64,000 nt of DNA from Tortispora ganteri (taxonomy: Eukaryota), in contig PPNB01000004.1 of the NCBI GenBank assembly GCA_003707115.1, forward strand, positions 62,001-126,000. Direction: 5' to 3'. The translations under genes were made by a program, and so were the position numbers. The notes below the pieces were generated by a model. That model saw nothing but the letters and a program-made list of their open reading frames with translations. It had not been told where the DNA came from and searched no databases. Positions within the stretch are counted from its first letter, which is position 1. Each line of letters begins with the position of its first letter. Of this stretch, positions 11,753 through 23,260 are shown piece by piece.

Positions 11753-13666
11753 TCAGACTTTAGGATTGATCGGAGGCCTATCCACGTCGTACGTGCGACC
11801 TGCGTAGTAATCCACGAACTTCTTAGGGATGTCTATTTCCCTATCAAGAATGTAGTCAGCAAATCCTTTACCAAATGCATCCAAAATAGTACTAGACGAT
11901 ACACCACGACCCAAGATTCCGTAAATAACAAAATGAACAGCATAGATATTGGGGAACTCGACTCGCTCAACGTAGAACTCAGGACGCCAGTCCTCTCCAA
12001 TAAGCTCAATCATGCGTTCAGTAGTCATAATCGTACGCAACCAGTCCCATTCCTCGGGCGTATGCACAAACATACCCATATTAATGTTTCCTCCCTTGTC
12101 ACCCGATCTTCCAAGAACCACTTTGGAAAGAGGAACTATCACGGTAGGCCCAAAGATGGAGAGATCAACGGGATTCTGCGTAATGCTGAAATTGTCTCGA
12201 GGCCTCAAACTTTCAGTTTTCGCCACAGGTTGAACGGAGATTCTTTTAACCTCCTCTCCTTGTGTACCAAGAAGGACTGCAGATTCCTTAAGCTGGTTCT
12301 GCTCAATCACTCCGGGGTAATAAGCAGGGAACTTACGGGGAGATCCAGTGCTGCCTAAATTTCCACTGTGAGCACCATGAAAAGGCTGCATCATATAAAT
12401 GATAAAGCTGCGAGCAATATTCTCTAAACTATTCTCATCTCTAGTATGGACAATTATGCGCAAACCTGCTGTGTTGGCCATCTGGTTGTGGATACTGTGA
12501 TTCACTCGTCCATACCTTTGAAATTCGACAACGTCAATTTTGTCTGCAACACCTAGCTGCTTGAAAGCCAAGCGAACTTGCTTCTCCATGAGGTCAAACT
12601 TAACATCAGAATTTCGTCCCGTAGCATAAACCCAACTTTCAAGCTCGTATCCTCCATCATAGAATATTGCCAATTTTGTAGTGGGGGGAGGAGGGTGGCC
12701 TTTGACACCTGTTACAGAGACGCGGTTTGGTCCAACCCCTTTGAAAACGATATTCGTAATGTCAGCTTTAACATCACTATTTAAGTAGATGTTTCCCTGC
12801 AACTCATAAAGAAACTGAGTTCGCAAATTATCAACATTTACAATACCATTGAGACTCTCATGCTTTGTAATAACGCTACTGCCGTCATAGGCCAACTCGG
12901 CAATAGGGTATCCAATATCGATTAGTAATTCGATTGGATACCTTTCAAAGTCGGAGAAGTTTCCTCCAGTACTGTAACCAGAGCATTCAATGAGATGACC
13001 AGTGATTAGTGCACCAGCTAACTCATCGTATTGATCTGTCTGCCAGTTGTGCCACCAAAGGCCTAGTCCAATAACAGGAGATGCATCAGCAACTCTGCCG
13101 CAAATAACAATATCAGCACCTGCTTTAAGAGCAGCACAAATACCTCTGCCTCCCAAATAAGCATTAGCTGTTAACAAAGAAGCGGATGAATCCTTCAGGA
13201 ACAGATCGGTATCTCTAGCAAGTTTAACATGGTTATTGCTTGAATCCAAATGAGCCACTCCACCAGACTTGATTCGATCTTGACAACTTTCAAATAGATC
13301 ATCACCTTCAACGTAAGAAACCTTCAAATTGAGGCCTCTAGCTGTGACTTCCTTAGCCACCTTCTGAGCCAATCCTTTAGGGTTAAGCTCACCTCCATTG
13401 ACAACAATTTTGATCTCTCTCTTTGCTGCCTCATCGATAGTAAGCATGAGACCTTCTTCGCATGTTGGCTCCCAACCAGGGTGCTTTCCTTCATGATATT
13501 TGGTAGCATTTAACGCGATGTTGAATTCCGCAAGGTAGTCACCCACAATTGCATCGATAGGTCCACTTATAGCCTGTTCGAGCATCTTCGAGCCCGGATC
13601 AGGTGTGGCACCAGAACAATTGGCAATTCGTATAGGTCTTTTTGGGGAATCCTTCGAGGGAGACAT
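11753..13666 (-). CDS. AtuA/DUF1446 acyclic terpene utilisation family protein
   Basis: RPIRIANCSG, GDYLAE, NAYLG, GADIVICGRVADAS, GHLIECS, GRSGDKGGN, D..GKG motifs; first ATG at 13666. Confidence 0.88.
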   Translation of the reverse strand: MSPSKDSPKRPIRIANCSGATPDPGSKMLEQAISGPIDAIVGDYLAEFNIALNATKYHEGKHPGWEPTCEEGLMLTIDEAAKREIKIVVNGGELNPKGLAQKVAKEVTARGLNLKVSYVEGDDLFESCQDRIKSGGVAHLDSSNNHVKLARDTDLFLKDSSASLLTANAYLGGRGICAALKAGADIVICGRVADASPVIGLGLWWHNWQTDQYDELAGALITGHLIECSGYSTGGNFSDFERYPIELLIDIGYPIAELAYDGSSVITKHESLNGIVNVDNLRTQFLYELQGNIYLNSDVKADITNIVFKGVGPNRVSVTGVKGHPPPPTTKLAIFYDGGYELESWVYATGRNSDVKFDLMEKQVRLAFKQLGVADKIDVVEFQRYGRVNHSIHNQMANTAGLRIIVHTRDENSLENIARSFIIYMMQPFHGAHSGNLGSTGSPRKFPAYYPGVIEQNQLKESAVLLGTQGEEVKRISVQPVAKTESLRPRDNFSITQNPVDLSIFGPTVIVPLSKVVLGRSGDKGGNINMGMFVHTPEEWDWLRTIMTTERMIELIGEDWRPEFYVERVEFPNIYAVHFVIYGILGRGVSSSTILDAFGKGFADYILDREIDIPKKFVDYYAGRTYDVDRPPINPKV

Positions 13667-14083
13667 TTTATTTTCAGTTAGCAAACTGCAACTAAACTAA
13701 CAACAGTTGATATAATCCATATATATATCATTGAGTAATTCATCTTCAGACCTGTTTAGGTTACCGTGCAGGATAAGTAGCGAATAATACGATTCAATTG
13801 ATCTAAGCCAAAGCTTATTTATTCATTACCCCACCTCATCTTTCTAACTTAAAGGTCATCGGACTGTTAAAAGGAAGAGTGTATTAATAGTCAAAATTCC
13901 TTTTCGAGGCATATCCGGCCGTTGGAATGTCAAAACATTTGAACTTTCTTTTTAAGCCGGTGGAATTCGACGAAAAAACAAGAAACCGTTACTGAAAATG
14001 TGACAATTATTGTTTACAGATATAATGTTAATTAATTTTTGTAAACAATTTACCATTAACCAGAGCTTATTCTGGGTAACTTG

Positions 14084-14156
14084 ACCCTGCTAGCTCAATT
14101 GGCAGAGCGTGAGACTCTTAATCTCAAGGTTGGGGGTTCGAGACCCCCGTGGGGTG
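14084..14156 (+). tRNA. tRNA-Lys (anticodon CTT), intronless
   Basis: Acceptor ACCCTGC/GTGGGGT, A box TAGCTCAATTGG, anticodon arm TGAGA-CTCTTAA-TCTCA, T arm GGGGG-TTCGAGA-CCCCC, followed by an oligo-T Pol III terminator. Confidence 0.95.
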
Positions 14157-14261
14157 GATTTTTTTTGGATTTATAATTATAGTTTTTTTCTTATTTTGTT
14201 ATATTAACTATTTAAAAGATTACGAATAAGCGATAGATTATTATAGAGTCATAATTCGTTA

Positions 14262-17200
14262 TTAGTAATTATGTTGTAAATTACTCGTAGCGCTGAATAA
14301 GTGAATACGGCCATCCTGAGCGCTGTTTGCGGCCATCAACATTCTATGAGGATGGAAACATAATGTGGATACGTATTGCTGCCGGTTCTGCAAAACATAG
14401 CTACTAGGAGTTTTGACATCGGAAATATGACGACCATTGGTAGACCAGATCTTAATAGTATCTCCTCCAGTAGCCATAACCGGGGCATGTTCGTGTAAAT
14501 ATGCAGCTCTCAATCCACGATCGCTGGCCTTAAATGAAACAACGGGTTGATTCATTCGAACGTCCCAGAAGTTCACTAGTCCATCGATACTAGCAGAATA
14601 AAGCTCACGCATTCCTCCTCTCTGCATGTGAAGTCCTTGGATCCAGTTTTTGTGTACTTTCCAGGTTTTCTTAACCGCGTTTCTGGAGTCTTCTCGTCTG
14701 TCGTACACGCGAATACTTCCATCTCCGAATCCACAGGCAAATATATTTCCAGACACCTGATCCGAAGTAATATTAGTCACGGGGCTATTTGATCGAGCCA
14801 GTATATCAATTATACACATCTCCCGTGGTGCATCCCACACTCGGATCACTTTCACATCGCCGGAAACCAAAAAGGCACCTCGACTTTGCTGCCAGTCTGC
14901 GACCAATCCGCTATTCTGACCCATGGGAAGCATCTCAGACAATGCTCTCCATGAGCATGCAAGCTCTACTTTATCTGAATACTGATAGTGTCTATAAATC
15001 CGTAATACACCATCAGCAGATCCAAGCGTCAACATTGGCACATCATCTTCATTAATGAACTTGATGACAGTAATCCTAGCATTCAAAGGATTACCATTTC
15101 GAAACTTGTTCAGATGAGTCTGCGTTCTCCAGTCCCATACACTGACTCCATCGTTGCTATCTGTCGAAACTAGATGAGGCTCAAACTGTCCGAATGAGAT
15201 CTTTCGGGGTTGCGAATGACAGTGAAGCACTCCGATAGAACTTTGCCAGTCGCCAGTAATAGCCAATTCCTTTTGTGCTTGAGTTTCAGCAATAATATGT
15301 TCATTTCTATTCCTGCGCCACAGTTTAGTACTATAATCTAAACTTCCAGGTTCTTCAACGTCCGGGTGACTCATTTGCGGTTCTTGAAAGTACTCTGAAG
15401 CCCAGTCAATAAATTTGCTAGTAAGAGGCAGTGTTTTGAACGATTTTCTAATACTTTCATATGGCGGACCAGATGGAACTTTTCCCAAATCATTAGGTTC
15501 TTGAGTAAAAACTTGCGCTAAGGTAGTCTTGTATTCACCTGATTCTTGAGGACTACTGGACAGGTTTACAGTCCAGCTTCTTAAGGAGTTGGCAATTGAA
15601 ACCGACCTTTTCAACGTCGATACCAGATATGAAGGGTGGCGATGTTCTGGGATATTTTCGGGCTTGCCAGAGGAACGAAATACCGGTTCAGAAGTTTTAT
15701 AATCGCCTCTTGTCTTCAAAACGCGCTGTAATAAAAGATATATAAGTTGCGCGGCAGATTCCTTTACCGGTGAATCCAATAGTTTAGAATAAACGAATTC
15801 AACAACTATAGAAGCATACTCTTGAACTTCAGGGAATGAATCAACGGATAAGGCAAGTAATGATTTCCATATGCCGCTATATGGTGTATTGTAAGAAATG
15901 CTTTGAGTTTGGATTTGTCGTCCAACAGAAACGTCTTGAAGGAATGCCACTTCATACTCCAGCTGGTTGTGAGCTGCTACCAAAAACTTGCTCAAGTATC
16001 TATTAACCATTGCAGAAAAGAAGACTGCCACCTCGCGTCTCACTAAAGGAGATCCATCGCCACACAATGCCATAACGTGAACCGCTATGTTAATTTCACG
16101 GTTCATCACTTCTTCTTCAAGGCTGGAATTCTCTTCAGTGCCTAGAAATGTGGTTAATGCAACTATGGCAGACGTGCGAACTTCGGGGACAGGATCTGTC
16201 AAAAGTTTACATATTTTGTCTGGGGCATGAAGACGAACGCCCATATGATTTGCTTCAGAGTTACCATTCCATAACTGCGAGATGCACAATGTAACCCATT
16301 GACGTAGTAATGGATTTTCAGGTTCATCCATGTGTACAAGGCAAGCGCTAAGAACATCAGGAGCAACGCAGACACGATGAGTAGCAGGACAATCACGGCA
16401 AAACAAAGCAATCACAAAAGCACACATTGCTCTATGCTGTGCAATATTAATGTTACTTATAGGAAGTCCTTCTTGAGGAGCTAAAATTCGGATGAAATAT
16501 AGGTAACCACTATCTTTTAATAGTTCCTGTTGAATATTCCGATAATCCACTGACATTATACGAGCCCATATAAATACCAAAACCGGCTTGAGCTCTTGTG
16601 CGGGAGACTGTAATAGTTTCAACACGTAAGGGAATATGCCAATACTTAAGGCGGAATATACAGCCCATGGGCCGAGGTCTAAAAACTTAGAGAGCAAAAT
16701 CAAAGCGCGTAAGCGATGAACTTGAGAGAGTAATACTTGCAAAACGACAGGAAGTTGGTCTGGAGGTTTCTGAGTATTTGAGCCATATTTGAGCCACACT
16801 TCAAAAGCTGTGAGTTGCTCTTCAAAAAATGAAGAATGCTTATATTCATAAGCAGGCCCGTTATTTTCCATAGCCTGAAGTGCTGGCAATTGTGACAAAC
16901 ATTGGTCAACTGCTAAGTCCCACGCATCCCACATAGGGTGATTATAGGTATCAGGTAATGGTGGATCAGATATGGGATGACAATTGTAAGTACGCATTAT
17001 GCGTTCAGCCAAAAGGAAGTTACGAAAAAGGGCGGCAACCATCAAATCTTGGCGGAATAGGCGTTTGAATAAAGGTCGCGGGAGAAGAGACCAAGCTATG
17101 GTATCCGTAATAGCGGTGAATATCCAATTCAATTCACCAAGAGGGGTTCTGCGATCGGCCAATCGACCAGGGATCGAAGCGTTTAACGGAAGATCAGAAG

Positions 17201-18164
17201 GTAGTGGGGTTTGAAGTAGGAACCATCTTACGGCGATTTCTATTGGTGAAGTCAAACAGCAGGTGAAAAGATCAGCAGGGAGATCTGGATTCATTGGTAA
17301 AAGTTCATTAGCTTGGCAGGCAGCTAGCTGAATGCAATCAGCGTATGCAGATGCAGGGATAGGGGGCGGAGCAGCGTCTTCAGGGCGGTTTCTTTCATCA
17401 TCTAAACGCTTCTGAACGAATCTTTTGAAATTGTGTACTATATGACCAGCTTCAGGGCAATCGTATACGAAGATACAAGGAGCTCCTAACCAAGTTTGAA
17501 GGTCGTAAAGAGAGACAGGGATATATTGAGTGTAACCCCGATTAAATACCCAGATTTCTCCACTTGGAGTGGGCTTAGGTACGCCGTGACCGTTATAGTG
17601 GAACAATATACGTTCATCCTTAGCGGCGCGACGAAGACCTATGCAAAATCGTTTAGCGTCTTCAACGTTTGGATCAAGTGCCTGCTTGTAGCGTGTCCTG
17701 AGAGAGAGGGTCTCGTATTGCGATTGTAGCAGTTTACCTATTTGTTCTGTTGCTTTCTTCGGGTCATTGAAAGTGGAAGGATCTACCCATGCTTCTAATT
17801 TAGCGCATGGTTGCGTTTTGACAATATCTGGCGGGTCAACTCCGATGTTTAGGCAGAGCACTATAGCAGCGGATACTGTTTTTTGGCGATCGCGCATACG
17901 CCACTCGGGAAACGAAGGATCAGAAGGGACATAAGGTTTAGGATTTGAAGACGTAGTGTGACGCTTGTCGTCATAATATATGTAAAATATCTGAGCTAGT
18001 AAGTTCATATAGGCATCAGAGTTATAATCATCTTCGAAGCCATGTCGCATTACTCCAGGCTCGAAATCAGCTATGCTATATGTTGGAGACGCATTATTTG
18101 ACTGTGCTGCAGAAGGAGACGAATTGAGTCGTCTTTGTAATAATGTTTCTATACCAGCAGACAT
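14262..18164 (-). CDS. KOG1: TORC1 subunit Raptor
   Basis: RNC domain (CLNIGVDPPD, FHYNGHGVP, DLPADLFTCCLTSP), HEAT repeats and C-terminal WD40. Confidence 0.97.
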   Translation of the reverse strand: MSAGIETLLQRRLNSSPSAAQSNNASPTYSIADFEPGVMRHGFEDDYNSDAYMNLLAQIFYIYYDDKRHTTSSNPKPYVPSDPSFPEWRMRDRQKTVSAAIVLCLNIGVDPPDIVKTQPCAKLEAWVDPSTFNDPKKATEQIGKLLQSQYETLSLRTRYKQALDPNVEDAKRFCIGLRRAAKDERILFHYNGHGVPKPTPSGEIWVFNRGYTQYIPVSLYDLQTWLGAPCIFVYDCPEAGHIVHNFKRFVQKRLDDERNRPEDAAPPPIPASAYADCIQLAACQANELLPMNPDLPADLFTCCLTSPIEIAVRWFLLQTPLPSDLPLNASIPGRLADRRTPLGELNWIFTAITDTIAWSLLPRPLFKRLFRQDLMVAALFRNFLLAERIMRTYNCHPISDPPLPDTYNHPMWDAWDLAVDQCLSQLPALQAMENNGPAYEYKHSSFFEEQLTAFEVWLKYGSNTQKPPDQLPVVLQVLLSQVHRLRALILLSKFLDLGPWAVYSALSIGIFPYVLKLLQSPAQELKPVLVFIWARIMSVDYRNIQQELLKDSGYLYFIRILAPQEGLPISNINIAQHRAMCAFVIALFCRDCPATHRVCVAPDVLSACLVHMDEPENPLLRQWVTLCISQLWNGNSEANHMGVRLHAPDKICKLLTDPVPEVRTSAIVALTTFLGTEENSSLEEEVMNREINIAVHVMALCGDGSPLVRREVAVFFSAMVNRYLSKFLVAAHNQLEYEVAFLQDVSVGRQIQTQSISYNTPYSGIWKSLLALSVDSFPEVQEYASIVVEFVYSKLLDSPVKESAAQLIYLLLQRVLKTRGDYKTSEPVFRSSGKPENIPEHRHPSYLVSTLKRSVSIANSLRSWTVNLSSSPQESGEYKTTLAQVFTQEPNDLGKVPSGPPYESIRKSFKTLPLTSKFIDWASEYFQEPQMSHPDVEEPGSLDYSTKLWRRNRNEHIIAETQAQKELAITGDWQSSIGVLHCHSQPRKISFGQFEPHLVSTDSNDGVSVWDWRTQTHLNKFRNGNPLNARITVIKFINEDDVPMLTLGSADGVLRIYRHYQYSDKVELACSWRALSEMLPMGQNSGLVADWQQSRGAFLVSGDVKVIRVWDAPREMCIIDILARSNSPVTNITSDQVSGNIFACGFGDGSIRVYDRREDSRNAVKKTWKVHKNWIQGLHMQRGGMRELYSASIDGLVNFWDVRMNQPVVSFKASDRGLRAAYLHEHAPVMATGGDTIKIWSTNGRHISDVKTPSSYVLQNRQQYVSTLCFHPHRMLMAANSAQDGRIHLFSATSNLQHNY

Positions 18165-18347
18165 TTTTCCAACGTTTTTATGTAGTAGCGAGAGGAGAGC
18201 GTAGTAGGTGAAGATAGGGAAATTTGGTGGGTAAAGCAGAAGCGGGATAATTGATGTAGAAGGGCATCACAACGTGCCTTTACTACTACTTACTACTTTA
18301 ATTTTACTGCCCCTACTGGCAATCTATTTGCTCTTTAAATCGAAGAC

Positions 18348-19568
18348 ATGGGGATCTACGTACCTTATAAATCCTTAAATGGTTTAAAAGAATATAAATA
18401 TTCTTCAATTGACAAATCTCCAGTCTCTAATTATATCCTCAAACCATTTTGGAGACAATTCGTTAAACTCTTCCCTTTGTGTATGGCGTAAGTATTATAA
18501 TTATTAGGAAAAAGTTCCTCTATTGACAACAGCATATTAACAATTTTTATTAGACCTAACCTGATCACATTAACGGGACTTTTCTTTGTATTTATCAACC
18601 TTGTTACTGTTATCTACTACAACCCGAGCCTTGATCAACAATGCCCTTCTTGGGTCTACTATAGTTGCGCTGCCGGCCTATTCCTTTATCAAACATTTGA
18701 TGCATGTGATGGCATGCAAGCACGCAGAACAGGATCGAGCTCACCTCTAGGTGAACTTTTTGATCATGGATGCGATGCAATTAACACAACTCTTGGTGTA
18801 ATCATCTTTGCCTCGACTGTAGGCTTGGGCACAGGCTGGAAGTTCTTTCTAGTTCATTTTGGCATCCTTTCCAACTTCTATCAAAGTACATGGGAAGAAT
18901 ATTACACCGGCACACTTTACCTATCTTTTATATCTGGTCCTGTTGAAGGATTACTGATGATAACTACCATACATGCAGCAACTGGCTACTACGGCCCACA
19001 GATATGGAAGAGCGTCATTGGCGACATAGCTTCTGGTTTACCTTTGCCCGAATACATATTAAATTTGACACTCGTCGATGCCTACATCATATTTGCTACA
19101 TCGCTGGTTATCCCTATCATTATCCAGTCTTCTATTAGCGCAATTAATGCTCAGCGCTCTAAACCCGGTCACAAATATGGCTTTTCTTCCTTACAAGGAC
19201 TGATTCCGTTCAATGTATTTGCCGCAGGCTATGCGCTTTGGTATTATGTTGTCAGTGAAGAGGTTGAACCTCTCCATAAAATAATTTTCATCCTCACTGT
19301 TATCGGGCTGTCATTTGCTATGCAGGTCGGCCAAATTATCATTGCTCATTTGACCTTACAGCCTTTCCCAAAGTTTTCGGTGACTATATTTATATGCTGG
19401 ATTGCTGTCGCTGCTCACTATATGGGGTTCTCGCCAATTTGTTATAGTTACCTGTTAATAGGGGTAACCATTGGTCTGTATATTGGATTCGTCGGAGACG
19501 TAATCACAGATTTCACTGAGTTTCTAGGCATTCACTGTTTCAGAGTTGCGAAGAAGAAAGCTGAATAA
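18348..19568 (+). CDS. EPT1: Choline/ethanolamine phosphotransferase (EPT1/CPT1 family); exon 1 18348-18487, intron 18488-18553, exon 2 18554-19568
   Basis: Splicing the GTAAGT...TATTAAC...TAG intron joins YKYSSIDKS to MAPNLITL; CDP-alcohol motif DACDGMQARRTGSSSPLGELFDHGCD. Confidence 0.9.
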
Positions 19569-19727
19569 TCGACACTTTGGAAAACACTTTGGATATTTTA
19601 TATAAATCATTTAAGAGTAGATAAATTTTATTTTTGCATAGATCAACCTGCATACTCTCTACAAACTCTTTGGTTTCTGCATCAAAAGCTTGCACAGGAC
19701 AACTAATCTGAACCTTCCCAAAGCGCC

Positions 19728-20591
19728 ATGTCCAGCCCAACTACTTATTATAATGATGCAGAGCCTATAGGCAGAACGGATGGGGTCATGACACCTCCAC
19801 AAGATGACAGCGAAGATTTACAGCAAATGGATGATATGACTATGTTAAAATTGACGCGCGAACTGCAGGACAACGAGGCAAACAAGAGAAGTCTAATTGG
19901 ATCTAAATTGCCACTGTCCGTACTCGCTAATGAGTATGCAGATCCTTCATTCAAGAACAAAATAGATTCAATGGCATCTAAGGGGCTTTATTATAGACCC
20001 ATTCGAGGCGATGGTAACTGTGCATGGAGAGCTGTACTGTATGGACTTCTAGATCTCATCGGGTCCAACAAGAAGCATTGCCAGTTGATGAAGTCATCGC
20101 TACAAACTTATCACACAATGATACTAGAGAAGGCCGGATTTGAAAAAATTGCATATGAAGATTTTGTTGATTCTTTCTATGAAATCCTCGATTCCCTAAT
20201 AGCACAGGGACCGCAATATATTGAATCCGATAGCTTCTTGAACAACATAGAGCTTCAAAATGGCGCTTTAGTTTGTCTCAGATTTATAACAAGCGCCTAT
20301 ATCAAAACTAACGCAGAATCATATGAACCGTTTCTTGAGGGAGAGTCTATTGACGATTATTGCGCTCGAAACATTGAAGCATTCAGCGTGGAAGCCGATC
20401 ATTTATCGCTTGCTGCATTGGTTTCTGCATTAGCTGTGGTATCTCTGCATATCTCTTATATAGACGGCTCGAAAACCGAATCAGAAACTATCCACATATT
20501 AAATCCTGATTTTTATGTGAACCACAACAGTTTTGGATCGATCAAACTGCTCTACAGACCTGGGCATTACGATCTGCTACTGGACCCTTAA
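19728..20591 (+). CDS. Otubain-like deubiquitinase (peptidase C65)
   Basis: YRPIRGDGNCAWRA catalytic Cys motif and LLYRPGHYDLL His motif. Confidence 0.92.
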   Translation: MSSPTTYYNDAEPIGRTDGVMTPPQDDSEDLQQMDDMTMLKLTRELQDNEANKRSLIGSKLPLSVLANEYADPSFKNKIDSMASKGLYYRPIRGDGNCAWRAVLYGLLDLIGSNKKHCQLMKSSLQTYHTMILEKAGFEKIAYEDFVDSFYEILDSLIAQGPQYIESDSFLNNIELQNGALVCLRFITSAYIKTNAESYEPFLEGESIDDYCARNIEAFSVEADHLSLAALVSALAVVSLHISYIDGSKTESETIHILNPDFYVNHNSFGSIKLLYRPGHYDLLLDP

Positions 20592-21637
20592 TTGGAAAAA
20601 AGAGATTACTAAATTAACAATAAGGAGAGGGGAATATAAGATTTACATTCATGTTTATGTTGACTCCATTTAGCAATAATGTATGTTTGTCCAGCTGAAC
20701 GATTCAGTCACATGATCTGGATCTGGATCTGCTATTACACAATTGCGTAATGCTGCCATCTCGATGGTTTAGAAACGAACCCGGAAAGACTCTGCGTGAT
20801 CCAGGCCTAGATCTTTTTTTTTCTAAGTTTACTTTACGCTCACCATTGATTTTGACGTAATAGTATACCTACAACCTAGTCGGCAGTTTCATATTTCGTC
20901 AAGCTTCATACCTCGTGTTGCATTTGGTTACTCGCCATAAGCTTTCTTCTTCCATTTGATCTGACTTTCCGCTTATGTCCACATGACGTAGAGTGCAACT
21001 TCCTAAACAGGCTGCTTTGACATCAATCGCTCATTATTACTGGCTAATATACTAAAACCCTAACTTTTGAATCATCTTTCCTGTGCGCATAACCTCTAGG
21101 GTTGAGGGTATTTATGTTTATTTTTTGTTTTGGTTCGCTCTCAGGGCTTATTCCCATCCTACTACCTCTTAGCTGGCTATTTCTTTTGCACTTTTCTTCC
21201 TTTTTATTCTGTGACTCTTTCATACAGTTAGGTGCTGATTACACGACATTTAAGCCAGATACCAAGAAATTTAGATAAAGTAGCTCTAGTTTCCAGTCGA
21301 CCTATTTTGTTTACATCCGAGCTCAGTTGAACTCGATCGATTATACCTTACTGACTCTCGGTTAACTTTTTGTGCTGCCTTTTCAAACGAAGACGCCTTG
21401 AATTCGCCTTATTTGTTTGCATATTCCCTCTGATCTCGATTCTTTCGATATCTTTTGTGCAATATCTCTCATAATAAAAAACCCGTCGGTACCTCATCTT
21501 TAGCGAGACTTGAAAATTAGCCAAAGCGGAATACCACGAAACACTCCGAACTTTTTCGCAAACGTGTATCTTATCTATACTGACAGCTTATTCCTCATTA
21601 TTTAACGACTAACACTACTACAGAACAACTTCCATCA

Positions 21638-22399
21638 ATGGCATTAGCACGTACTTTATTTGCCTTTTTGCCGACGTTCTTACTGGCCGGTGGCCTCTTG
21701 ATGTTGTACCTCTTCTTCCTTGGAGGTGTTAGCGATGTTACTCCACTTAACCGCATGTGGTACGTACGAGCAGGAGAATCTGATGTCGGATATGCTTGGA
21801 CAATATGGAACGTATGCACTTATTCTGGTGGTACGGTTAACAACTGCACTACGCCAATGCCTGACTATCCTTTTCAACCGGAATTGATTCTCGACGTCGA
21901 TGCTATCCCCGAAGTTTTTATCGGAGGAAATACCTATTATTATTACTTGAGCCGATTTACCTGGCCTTTCTTTATCTTGGCCCTTGCTTTTTGCAGTTTT
22001 GGTTTTATCTTTTCTATGCTGGCTTTCTGCTCGAGGCTCGCATCTTACATCATTGCTGTCCTGGTTTTCATCGGCTTGGTGTTTGATATAATCGCCTCTT
22101 CTCTTCTTACTGCTCTTGCTGTGAAGGCGAAAGACGTATTTGTGGATGCAGGAATAGAATCATCTATTAGTGTTTATGCTATCGCATTTTCATGGACTTC
22201 TGTCACTTGCTTCTTGCTTGCCACCATAGGTTATTGCCAGGCTGGAAAGTTTGGCAAAGGCTCTAAGCGTAACCAGTTCGCAGTCGCTGCGCCTCCTGAT
22301 CCAAATCTTGGCCGACCAAGTAGAAGAATGTTTTTCCGAAGCAAGAAGACTACAAGCAAGAACCTCTTCGATCAACAGTCACAAGCTACCGCTGTTTAG
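21638..22399 (+). CDS. SUR7: SUR7/PalI family eisosome membrane protein
   Basis: Four hydrophobic segments, WTIWNVC, YYYLSRF.WPF. Confidence 0.8.
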   Translation: MALARTLFAFLPTFLLAGGLLMLYLFFLGGVSDVTPLNRMWYVRAGESDVGYAWTIWNVCTYSGGTVNNCTTPMPDYPFQPELILDVDAIPEVFIGGNTYYYYLSRFTWPFFILALAFCSFGFIFSMLAFCSRLASYIIAVLVFIGLVFDIIASSLLTALAVKAKDVFVDAGIESSISVYAIAFSWTSVTCFLLATIGYCQAGKFGKGSKRNQFAVAAPPDPNLGRPSRRMFFRSKKTTSKNLFDQQSQATAV

Positions 22400-22825
22400 A
22401 CAATTTCCCATTCATGTTCTCTCTTTATCTCTAGAAGTTACATCTTCTCTTGATTTGTCTGACTTCACGTACTTGTTTTTTTTTTCTTCTCGGCATTTCT
22501 ATTCTGACCCTAATCATTCATAACTACCGTCATGTCTAGCATAGGAACATGTGTGTTTTCTTTTCCTTTTTTAGTTCATAATCTGCTTTAAGTTTTCGAT
22601 ATCATCATCTTCATTGTTCTCCTAGGTATAAATTATAGTCGTAGTGCTGTACTACTTATTGCATATAATAAATAGGTTGCAAACGAATCTCGCAACTTCG
22701 AAAACTAAACTTTAATTGATTTAAGATTTTCTTGCCTTCCTATAAAAGCCCTCTCGGTTGCCTCTACTTTTACTTTCCGTTCATCTCGCTTTATACACAA
22801 GGGAACGTTATCAAACTATTATACA

Positions 22826-23260
22826 ATGCCTCGTCGTTCTTCTGCTGGATCGCGTCGACCTACTGGGTCGAGAAGTGCCTCAACAGCTTCTATGCCTCGC
22901 TCGCATCCTGCCCCTCCGCCTGCTCCTGCTCGCAGCGCTGCTGGTACTCACGAAGCTCAGCCTCGTCAACCTGGACTTTTTGGTCAAATGGCCTCTACGG
23001 CGGCTGGTGTCGCTGTAGGTAGCACTATTGGCCACACTCTTGGTGCGGGAATCACTAGCATGTTTGGCGGCTCTTCTGCCGAACCTGCCGAACAAGCTTA
23101 TGCTGCGCAACAGCAACAGCAGCAACAAGCTGTCGGTGCCTGCGATACAGATGCTCGGGCTTTTACCAAATGTCTCGAAGAAAACAATGGAAATATGCAA
23201 ATTTGTGATTATTACCTGCAACAACTCAAAGCTTGCCAAGAAGCTGCTCGTATATATTAA
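22826..23260 (+). CDS. MIX17: Mitochondrial twin CX9C protein (CHCHD2/10 family)
   Basis: PGLFGQMASTAAGVAVGS.IGH and a C-terminal twin CX9C. Confidence 0.93.
   Translation: MPRRSSAGSRRPTGSRSASTASMPRSHPAPPPAPARSAAGTHEAQPRQPGLFGQMASTAAGVAVGSTIGHTLGAGITSMFGGSSAEPAEQAYAAQQQQQQQAVGACDTDARAFTKCLEENNGNMQICDYYLQQLKACQEAARIY

Noticed and set aside
18217..18232. GGGAAATTTGGTG, resembling RNase P RNA CR-I
   Set aside because: Lies in the ~180-bp KOG1/EPT1 divergent promoter with no room or matching CR-V
20707..20714. GTCACATG, a CDEI-like motif of point centromeres
   Set aside because: Not followed by a very AT-rich CDEII and a CDEIII; more likely a bHLH site in the SUR7 upstream region
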